Assembly (NCBI GenBank): GCA_964019335.1
Contig: OZ025652.1
Location: forward strand, 806,001-870,000
Direction: 5' to 3'
DNA from: Diplonema japonicum
Taxonomy: Eukaryota; Protista; Euglenozoa: Diplonemea
Length of the DNA: 64,000 nucleotides
The position numbers and the translations under genes were made by a program. The notes below the pieces were generated by a model. It saw nothing but the letters and a program-made list of their open reading frames with translations. It made no database searches and was not told the origin of the DNA. This document shows, piece by piece, positions 53,326 to 63,100 of the stretch. Within the stretch, counting starts at the first letter, position 1. The number at the start of each line of letters is the position of its first letter.

Positions 53326-54399
53326 ATGCGCAACGTGGCCCTTAGACAGCATGAAATCGTGTTGCATAGCCTCCTTCGGAGGCGGAGCTTCGACGAAAAG
53401 TGGCCAAGAAGGTTGGCACTCCTGTCGATGATTTTACTTGTCGTGTATGCCTCCTACGTGCTGCTGAAGGATGCTGAGCATCCCGAGGGGGGTGTTTGGG
53501 AGTCGCGAAAGGGCAATACTGCGGACCGAAGAGTAAGGAACACCCATCTGGGTTTGCCGGCTTCTGGGAGCGAAGTGCATCTATCGGAGCGTGACGACGT
53601 CGGCGACTCAGGGTTCGCCGTAAAGGGGGCTATCTATGCGGCTAAGATTATTGACTTTGTTAGTGAGCACGACGGTGTGGGTGAGTACAATATGTGGATC
53701 GACGCGGGCCTAGCAGTACACTACGGCACAAAAACAAAATGTAAAATAAAATCGCACAACTTGTTAGCAGTCGGCATGCTAAAGACCGATAACGACGTGG
53801 TGCTGGCTAGGTACGGGGAATTTCCAAAAGACAGAGACTGCTCGGTCCAGCGAACAGCAACGACTGTCTCCCCTGATGCCGGCTGGTTCATTGAATGCAA
53901 CACAGTAGAAATACGAGTCTTGCTGTACGAAGATTACAACAGAACCCACTTGTACCTTCCATGGCCCCGTGGCTACACGCGATGCCTGCACTGTACGACC
54001 GACGACTTGTACCTGTTGAAAGACGCTGTAAGCACCATTGTGGAATGCGGGGTCTGGAGCAAGAAGAGTACGCTTCACGGACACACATATTGCCCTTCTA
54101 ATATCGATGCTTACCTGTCGAACTGGACGGGCACCCCGGACTGGGCTGAGCTCCACACAGGTCACATGTTCAACCATGCCGCATTAACACGTGCGGTCCA
54201 GTATGTTGTGTACCTAGTATTCATATTAACACAGCTACACTTTTTATGCCGTACTACGTTTTGTGGTAGGGGCTGTCCTCCTGGTTGTCGCAGTTGTGAT
54301 TATCGTGCTACTAGCAACAAAGGCATCTATGGTAATGAAGAGAGATTAGTGATTAATGATAATATTGTCAGTAGCGGCATGCATTTGTCACAGGCTTAG
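53326..54399 (+). CDS. Membrane protein with a degenerate LicD/fukutin-like domain
   Basis: N-terminal TM. YNMWIDAG and CPSNIDAYLSNWTG.PDW resemble LicD motifs, but the DxD motif is absent. Confidence 0.5.
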   Translation: MRNVALRQHEIVLHSLLRRRSFDEKWPRRLALLSMILLVVYASYVLLKDAEHPEGGVWESRKGNTADRRVRNTHLGLPASGSEVHLSERDDVGDSGFAVKGAIYAAKIIDFVSEHDGVGEYNMWIDAGLAVHYGTKTKCKIKSHNLLAVGMLKTDNDVVLARYGEFPKDRDCSVQRTATTVSPDAGWFIECNTVEIRVLLYEDYNRTHLYLPWPRGYTRCLHCTTDDLYLLKDAVSTIVECGVWSKKSTLHGHTYCPSNIDAYLSNWTGTPDWAELHTGHMFNHAALTRAVQYVVYLVFILTQLHFLCRTTFCGRGCPPGCRSCDYRATSNKGIYGNEERLVINDNIVSSGMHLSQA

Positions 54400-54407
54400 G
54401 CTTTAAA

Positions 54408-55196
54408 ATGAAAGTAGTAATTGCGTGTGTGTTGAGCTTAAGTGCTGTCAGCAGCGGTATGCTGGTGGGGATGGCCCAAATCGAAGGCGCACAGGGCGTC
54501 GCACCCCAGCAGGAAGTGGAAAACAACATTAAAGGCGAGTACACGAAACTGACGCTTGAAGCGGGCGGTAAAGGTGTCAAGGCACTTGTTTACCCCGAGT
54601 TCGGTCTCATGAAGCATTCTTTTGAGCGTGGTGCCAGTGAAAACTGTACACATCTTGCGGAGTACTGTGATGTGGTGCCGCCTCTTGGTACTGCGAAATG
54701 CGGCGGTAGCACCCAAACCGACAAGCTTTCGTGTCTAGCTGGCCAGGCAGGGCTCACCCTATCTGTCAATGCATGCGAGAGGGACACGAACGGCGAGATT
54801 TGGAACGTGCAACTTATTTTCGATAAGACAGGCAACTTCACACATAAGTACAAGAAAACCCACCCCTTTGTGCACTGCTTCTCAGCACCTGCAACACCAG
54901 AACACGTTATTGTACCGGTTGAGGACTTTATCTTTGGAATTTTCACGTGCAAGGACATCCTGTATGAGACCCCAGGGGTGACCCTGAGGCACATGGGCAT
55001 CGACCACTTCCTGTACTGCGCTGACATTGCAATGGTTGGGGAGGACACTGTCAGTGAATGGTCTAAGGTGCACAACGCTACTATGGTGTATTCCGACATG
55101 AACAACCGTCAGGGAGGTGTGCTCAGAAGAGGTGAAAGGCTTACGCTTAAACCCCCTGCTGGGTCTCTGGTGATTACTTACGACCTTCAGAAATAG
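54408..55196 (+). CDS. Secreted carbon-nitrogen hydrolase, vanin/biotinidase-like
   Basis: Signal peptide; Glu-Lys-Cys triad motifs VYPEFG, YKKTH and IFTCKDIL. Confidence 0.85.
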   Translation: MKVVIACVLSLSAVSSGMLVGMAQIEGAQGVAPQQEVENNIKGEYTKLTLEAGGKGVKALVYPEFGLMKHSFERGASENCTHLAEYCDVVPPLGTAKCGGSTQTDKLSCLAGQAGLTLSVNACERDTNGEIWNVQLIFDKTGNFTHKYKKTHPFVHCFSAPATPEHVIVPVEDFIFGIFTCKDILYETPGVTLRHMGIDHFLYCADIAMVGEDTVSEWSKVHNATMVYSDMNNRQGGVLRRGERLTLKPPAGSLVITYDLQK

Positions 55197-55360
55197 CCAG
55201 CTTATCGTATTCGAATAACAGCTAACGTCTTCAGGCCCGTGTGCCCGCCGATTCCTATTCTTTTGCGCACAGGTTCACTGTGTATTATTTCGTGTTCTTT
55301 TGTGTGAGCTGTTTTTAATGTTAATTTCTTCCAATGATTTTTGACACTTTCTAGGTAATC

Positions 55361-57004
55361 ATGGTGTGGTTGCTGCTAGCTACTAGCGTAGTTTTAGCTC
55401 AGAGTGATTGCACAGGTGACCAACCGCTGGCTATTCCCACCGCACTGGGCAGCCAAGGTGACGTCTTGACTTCACTTTTATTCAAATACGGCATGGTGTA
55501 TAATCTGCAGCCACGAGAGACGATCACTTGCGAACAGCTTCTCAACTATGCACCTCTTGTTTGCGAAGATATCCAAGTGAGAGCCTTCTGTTGCTCCTCA
55601 TGCGAGACGACATACGAACAGTGCTGCAGCGACGAGAAATTGAGGTTCGCAATGTTAAATACATCATTTGATGCTGCGTGGACTTTCGATGAAAACGGAA
55701 TAGGAAACGCAAGATGGAAGGGTATGGTGCCCGACTACCTGGAAGAACTCTCGCTCCTCATGGGGTTTAATTACACTTATGTGCCCACTCCTTTTACCGC
55801 CTTCGTCAGCGGTACCACGCTATCCAACAACGATGTCGACCTGTCCTTCACACAAGTGCACTCCTTCTTCTACAACAGGCACGCGCTGTCGTACCCAGTC
55901 TCACGGCCCATCCTCGTCTTTCAGCACGGCATAGTGATTCGCAAGCTTTCACACGGAGGGGGTTACTGGAGGATCTTCTCCCCGTTCACCACGCAACTCT
56001 GGGTTCTCATCTGTGCTGGAATAATAACTTCTGGTGGGATTTTCTGGTTAGTAGAGAGTAGGTACGCAAACGACATGAAGCGCACCCCTGCGGGCGTCAT
56101 GGGCGCTGCCTACTTCGCCATCACAACCTTGCTTGTTGGGGGGGAAGGTTACGAAGTAGTGACGTGGTTAGGTAGGCTCCTTAGGATAGGCACACTATTC
56201 TTTGTACTTATCGTTAATAGCACGTACACAGCAGAGCTAGCTTCCATCCTCACTCAAGAATCACGCACTGTAGATGGACCGACAACACTGGAAGCCGCGA
56301 AACAGACCAGGGTATGCTGCCTCTTAGGCAGGAGCGAACCTTCTTGCATATCGGATATGTGGGTGGAGCCCCCGTTTTCAACGATCGGAACACCAGCTGC
56401 TTTGGAGTTCTGTGTGAACGCATTGAAAACGGATGTGGTGGACGGCATACAGGCAGATGAGTTCACGATTGCGGCAATCGTTGCGAAGAACTGCGACGAC
56501 TTCATGCTGTCTGGCGTGAACTTGCAGCCAAAAGAGTTCTCGTTCGTCGCATCTCCGAACAACACGCACTTCATACCACTCCTCAACGGTGCCATGGCGT
56601 TCATTCGCACCAGCGACAAATTTCGGGAAATCCAGGACCGCCACTACCCTCAGCCCTGCGTAGGTGGGGAGCAGGAAGAAGGCGAGTTAGTTGTCGATGT
56701 TACACACATGAGCGGACTGTTCATAATATTTGCATGTTTCTGTGTGCTCGTGATCTTATTGTTCCTGATACGCAGTACTTTAGAAACGCTTGGTGTCTGG
56801 GAAGGACGCACCCTGAAGGGTGAAGTGAAACAGAACGACATGTACGACTCCCCGACGTTGCCCAACGAGGAATCGAACGCGCCAGTCACCAAGGAAGAAA
56901 TAGCTATGATCTTTGCGAACCAGAGGAAAATAATGCAAACCCTCACTCAGCTTCAGAAAGATGTTATCCCTAAAGCACCCCCATCTCAACTCCATTTACA
57001 GTAG
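55361..57004 (+). CDS. Ionotropic glutamate receptor-like ligand-gated ion channel
   Basis: S1 (WKGMVPDYLEEL), pre-M1 IFSPFTTQLW, pore loop YFAITTLL, M3 STYTAELASILT (SYTANLAA-like), S2, and M4 MSGLFIIF. Confidence 0.85.
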   Translation: MVWLLLATSVVLAQSDCTGDQPLAIPTALGSQGDVLTSLLFKYGMVYNLQPRETITCEQLLNYAPLVCEDIQVRAFCCSSCETTYEQCCSDEKLRFAMLNTSFDAAWTFDENGIGNARWKGMVPDYLEELSLLMGFNYTYVPTPFTAFVSGTTLSNNDVDLSFTQVHSFFYNRHALSYPVSRPILVFQHGIVIRKLSHGGGYWRIFSPFTTQLWVLICAGIITSGGIFWLVESRYANDMKRTPAGVMGAAYFAITTLLVGGEGYEVVTWLGRLLRIGTLFFVLIVNSTYTAELASILTQESRTVDGPTTLEAAKQTRVCCLLGRSEPSCISDMWVEPPFSTIGTPAALEFCVNALKTDVVDGIQADEFTIAAIVAKNCDDFMLSGVNLQPKEFSFVASPNNTHFIPLLNGAMAFIRTSDKFREIQDRHYPQPCVGGEQEEGELVVDVTHMSGLFIIFACFCVLVILLFLIRSTLETLGVWEGRTLKGEVKQNDMYDSPTLPNEESNAPVTKEEIAMIFANQRKIMQTLTQLQKDVIPKAPPSQLHLQ

Positions 57005-57172
57005 AGGCACTCCTGCGTGCCATTATCCTCCTGTGGATTTACTTCCATGATTCTCTCTTCGTGGATCAATTCGTCACTTCCTTCATAGAAGCGTTCTGAT
57101 ATTCGGGTTTTATTTTTGTTCACACCACTCACGCCACGCAGGTACCATACACAATGAGATCCGAGCCACATC

Positions 57173-60100
57173 ATGGCACAGAATAAATTAAAAAATGGTA
57201 GCATCGTTAAAAGTCTACTCGGGGACATGAAAGTAAGGGATCGCGACTTGACACAGATAGAGAAAAAGCTTGGTGACCGCGATAGGGTTATTAGCAGAAG
57301 ACAAGAGGAACTCCGCAGTGTACTTGAAGTCTTGAAGGGAAGCGGGGACCTCAAGGCTGCGGTGGAAGCAGATGGCGTCCTCGACGAGAAGCTGGTGGAG
57401 CTATGCGAAGGTAAAAAGCGCGCTGCGAACCTGGAAGTCCTGCTAGAGAGCAAAACAAGTACAGTTGTCACAAAGCAGATGCACCTTCATGAATGGGAGA
57501 CGAGACTCGATTCGCTGGGCTCAGAGCATTCGTCACTGAAAACGTTACTTATAGAGCGAGAGGAGAGCGTTCGTGCAAGAGAAGAATGCTTACGCAAGAG
57601 GATAGCATCCGTTGACCAACATGAGCTGGCCTTAACACAGCGCGAGGCTAGGCTGCGAGAGAGGACAGCAGCGTCTGAAGTGCGTGAGGCGTCATGTTCT
57701 CAAAAGGAAAGCACACTCGCCAACAGGGAACAAGTCCTTACAGAGGAGAGTAGTACTGTCGAAGCTTTGAAGAGAAAGACAACTGCAACCAAGAACGAGG
57801 TAGAGAGGCTATCGGCAGAGATCAAAATGCGGCAGGCTTCGTTGGCGCAAGCAGAAGATGCGTTAAACAGAAAAAGAATAGCACACACCGCGCGAGAGCA
57901 ACAAAACCTTTCTCAAGAAGCAATAAATACTGCCATCACAAAAGAGCTGGCAATACTGAAGACGGACGCCGAAGAACGGGAGAGGGCTTTGAGAGAAGCC
58001 GAAGCTAACGTGAGGCGCAAGGATGTCTCGCTTGCTGGCGCGGAGCTGAAGGCAGAAGTAGTTACCAAACAGAAAATGACAAATGACGCTGCGGAAGCAG
58101 CCTTGAAAACACGCGAAGAGCACGTGTCCAAGATGGATCGGGAGCTGAAGTGCAGAGAGATATCGGTGCGTGATTACGAAGAAATGCACAATACTAGGAT
58201 GAGGGAGCTCCATGAGAGGCTGGAAGATGCAAAGGAGAAGCAGAACCTTCTCGATCAGCAACTAGAAGACTTGAACAACGAAAAGCAAGTGACAGAGCTG
58301 TCTTTTCAAAGCATAGACGTAGCCAATGCGACAACTGAGCAGCAGCGAGATGGTCTCAAGCAATACGAAGAGGAGCTGGAGAAAAGAAAAGATGACTTAG
58401 AAGCAAAGGAACAGCGGCTAGCAGAGCTAGAGAAGAAGAACCAAGACACGCTAGATCGTGCAACGCGCTTGGAGGAGGCGACCACTAGCAAAGACCGTCA
58501 CACCCGAGAACGAGAAAGGCTCTGTGACGACAGGGAGCGTAAACTCAATCAGAGAGAGTGCACAGTCACTAAGAAACTGGCAGAAGCCGAGAGTGTACTG
58601 GCCAATGTAAATGCGTCTAGCAGCACGTCAGAACGAGGACTTTTTCCACATTACGACGCAGAAGAAGCACGCTTGAAGAAACGAAGAGAACTCCTCTCTG
58701 CCCGGGAGTCTGAGGTTGTTGAACGTCAAAAGCGGAATACCGACAGGGAGTGGAACCTAAAGCAACGTGAGGGGCGTTTGCTGAAATTCTTTGAAGACAA
58801 AGTGGACATGATCAACATTATGCTGGGAGATGCCAGGAACAAGCAATATAGGATGGATGCTGACTACTACCAGCAAGGCAAGAGATTGATTGAGAAGAAA
58901 GAAGCCTTCAAGAAAAGGCTTGCTGATTGTGAGGCACGTGAACGCCATCTGCAACAGAGAGAGAAGAACACGACGAGGGGTAGATCTGTTTTGGAAGCGG
59001 AGCTTACGCTACTGAAGGAGGAGTCTCTCGCGAAGACAACACGGCTCACAAAACTAGAAGAAGAATCGGCAGCTACGAAGCTAGGTGTGAAAGAGCTGCA
59101 CAGTCAACAAAGGCTGCTCCGAATTGAAAGAGAAGAAGTAGGCAAACTGAAAGATGAATGCTCAAAGGAAAAGAAGCAGCTCGAGTACGAGCGTAGTGAA
59201 TGGGAAGTTGCGCTTGCTAACTGCAACGCAACACTTGCCTCTAAGGAAGAGGCTGTGGCACAGAAGGAAGTCGAACTGGAATGCAAGCTGGAAGAGGTCC
59301 GCGAAACAGAACACCTTCTCGTCAACAGGAAGACCACCTTAGACGACTTTGATCGTGAGTTGCAAAGCAAGTCACGCGCCATCGATGAGGAGGCAGCAGT
59401 CCAGGCCGAGCTGATCGAAGAGCAACAAAGTGTGTTCAAGCTCAAGTCCAAGACACTAGACGAGGACGAAGCAGAATTGCGATTGTCAAAAGAAGAAGTG
59501 GCAACGCTAGAAGCACAGCACGGGGAGTTGCACAAAAGGCTGAAGGACATAACAGCTAAAGAAACTAACCTGAAGCAGCAGCTCATGATGCTCGAACTCG
59601 ACCAAGCTGACGTTGCAGACAGGAAGAGTAGGCTGATCAAGGACGAAGCAGAGTTGCAGAGCCGGGAGGCTGAAGTTTCCAGAAGGGAGTCAGCGGCATG
59701 TTTCGCTGCTAGCCTCGAAAAACGGCTAGAAGATGAGAAGCAATCCCTCCAGCAGAGGGAAGCAGAATATACACTCAAAGAAGCAAGCATTAAGCAGCGG
59801 AAAGAAATACTTCACAGCCGAGAGGTGCAGCTGGAACACGAGCAACTGCTACTGCACACCCAGCAGCAAGATACGATCCACAAGACAGTCATTTTGGAGA
59901 CTCGAACAGAGAGCATTCAGCAACAAGAGAGCACTATCCAGGAGAAACAGAAGACGTTCGCAGCCAAAGAAAAGGAACTCAAAGCATACTCCAACCGTTT
60001 GGATGCCTCGTCAAGCGATCTATCTGCACGGGAGGAGCGCCTCGTTGCTGACGAGAAACAAAATAGAGCTGTCCTTCAGGCAGAGGAGAAGGCTTTGGAG

Positions 60101-63100
60101 CGCAAGAAGCAGCAGCTGGAGGAACGGGAAAAAAGCCAACTCGAGCTCGAGATGTCACTGCGGGAGAGGGGACAGGAAGTGCATGAACAAGAAATCAAGC
60201 TTAACCAAGAAAACATGATATCTAACAGTAGGAGAGAAGAAGTACAACACCAAGAAAATGTAATGCGTACGACAAAGGAAGGCCTAGACCGCCAGGAGCT
60301 ATTGTTGAATGCAAAACTGGAAGAAATCACAAAGAAGGAAGAGCAAATGCACTCGGAGCAAACAGCACTCAACGCGTTGAGGAAGAAATTTTCTTCTTTG
60401 AAGGAGTCCACAGAACGAGAGCTCTGCGAGAGAGAAGACATTGCATCAGAGAAGGAATCCCAACTGAAAATCTTGGATGAATCTTTGAATACCTTGAAAA
60501 TACAGCTGGGAACCTTGCAGGACGAGTTGCGGATGAAAGAAAAGGAATTCGAGAAGGTCACGCAATATGTAGAGCACACGAAAGTGGAGAACCAACAGGA
60601 AAGGTGTGCACTGGACGAGCAGATGTCTCTCTTGAGGCGTGAACAAGCTGATATCGAAACCTTTAAGACGGAATTGGAGCACAGGGATCACAAAGTAATC
60701 ACGTTGGCACGCGAGCTAGAAACTGCAAAATACAGCCTGCAAGCTAAGGAAGAGGCATTCCGTGCTTATGAGGAGCAGCATCACCTGGATGCGGAAACCG
60801 TTTTGTCTGATCAAAAGGAACGCGAGGCATGCCTGCAACAGAGGGAGCGAGACGTTACGGCCTTAGAAGCGAAGAATCAGATGTTGCAGGAAACCCTTTC
60901 CGCTAGTGAGACACACATTTCAAAGATGCAGGCAACGCTGACTTGCTCTCAGGCAGCATTTGAGAAGAGCCTTCAAGAAGTAGCAGCAAAACAACAAGAT
61001 GTTGAACGTAAAGAACAACGAATGCAAGAATCTCTTGCTGCGCTCGACGAGAACGAGCAGCGTCTCATAGCAGTTGACAAGGAGCTCAAAATAGCAAGAC
61101 GCGTTTTGGAGGAAGCCCAAGCATCGTGGAAGACAACGCAAGTGAAGCTTGACAGTGAACATTCAGCACGGGCACAAGCAATGGCAACCATGGAAGACGA
61201 TCTCAGGGTTAAGCTGGCGAATGTTGTGAAGCACGAGGCCGAGCTCTCTAGCAGCAACGAAGTAGCCAGTAAGCAACAGGCAAAGCTTGAGTCCCTGATT
61301 CAAACACACGAGACACAGCGGAGCGAGCTGCAACAGAAAGAGCTGGAACTGGCTCAGCTAACAATGGACCTGCAGATGAGAGAACGGACAGTGGCTGACG
61401 AGGTGCGCCAGAAAGTCAAAGAGCAGACTGACTCACTGAACGCGAGGTCGTCAAGACTTGACGCCATGGAAGCATCCCTCCAGCAAAAAGATGCCAATTT
61501 GGCCCGCACCACCTCCATCTTGGAGACAAGAGAAGCACACCACTCTGCAGATACAGAGGCCTTCAAAATGCAGCAAGCGACGCTGCTAACAATGCAAAAA
61601 GAGCTCAATGACAGGGGTGAGGAACTCGCGAGAAGGGAAGTTGCTTTGCGTGGTGCTGAGCAAAAGCTTATAGCCGTGACTAAGCGGGAAGAGGAGCTCA
61701 GAGATACGGAGACGCATGTTACAAATATCAAGCATGAAATAGAGAAGCGTGCAGCAAGCATCAAGCAGCAGCAGCAAGATACTGACAAGGCTCATAGAGA
61801 GGTAATGAACCAAAAGGAAGTGCTGCAGAGCAGAACAGCCCAGATTTCCAAGCACAGGACAGAATTGGACGAGCAGCAACGTGCCTTTAAAACCAACCAC
61901 GATGCCTTTATCAGGGAACAGAAGAAAATGCAGCACCTTGAAGAATCTCTGAAAGAGAGGGATGCTGCCCTGACATTGTCTCATGAAAAGCTGGTACGGA
62001 TGCAAGCAGAGTTGACTGCCAAGGAGGGCTCTGTCCGGGATGCCCTTGTCCAACATGAGAAGAAGAGCAGAGAGATGGAAACTCAAAAGGCAGCTTGCAA
62101 CGAAGCGCACAGAGTGCTGAATGAAAAAACAGAACTCCTGACACGAGAGAGCGCAGCGTTCCGTGCTGAAAAGGAAGCAGCATCCTACGATCTGCACACG
62201 TTGACTGCGCTGAAGCTCGAGATCGAGACACGGCAAGAACAGCTTAGTGACACGGAGAGCAAAGCGATAACCGTTCGTGCAAAGGAAGAAGAGTTGGCCA
62301 GGCACGAAAAGGAATTAAGTGGTGCACTGGATACCGCAAAAGTAGAGCAGCAACGCGTAAGTGAACTGAAATACGAATACGAGCTAAGGTTGAAAAATGT
62401 CGAGCAGCGAGACGTCGAACTTCGTGAGAAAGAGCACGGTATCGAGGCAGCACTTCAAAAGGCACGAGAGAAAGAAGCAGCTGCCGACGCCAAGAGTGTT
62501 GCAGCTTCGAAGTTGGAGAGCAGATCGATGGAACAGGAACTGGAGCTCAACGAGAAGGAAAGTAACCTAGGCGCGTTGACCAGTACGCTGCGAGAAGAGC
62601 AAGATGCCAATGTAGAAGCCGCAAGACGCTTGCGGGATGAGGTCCGTGCCTTCGAAGAAGACGTTGAGAAAAAGATGCTGCTGGTGGAGGAGAAGATCCA
62701 GAGAGCCGACAACGACGCGCTGAAGGCAGAAGTCTTGGAGAGAAAAGCGCAACAGATGTTGCTAGATGCACAAGCAGCCGAAAGCGAAGCCGCTGAAGCA
62801 GCGCTTGATCTTGAAAGGAGAAAAAACTACTTACAGCAACAAAATAAAGAAGAATCGGAGCGGGTGCACAAACTTGAAGTTGGCCTCCTGCAGTATGAGC
62901 AAACTCTCCATGTTAGAGAAGAACAAATACGAAAAGAAGAAGAAGCCCAGAAGAGACGAGAAAGTGATGCAAGGCAGACATTAGCAGCAAAGGAAAGTAC
63001 CGTGAGGGTTCTAGAGACAGATGTGAGACGTGGGAGAGAAGAGACAGCCAAGAGAAACAAGCAACAAAATTCTAGAGACCACGAACTAGAGGAAAAGGAA

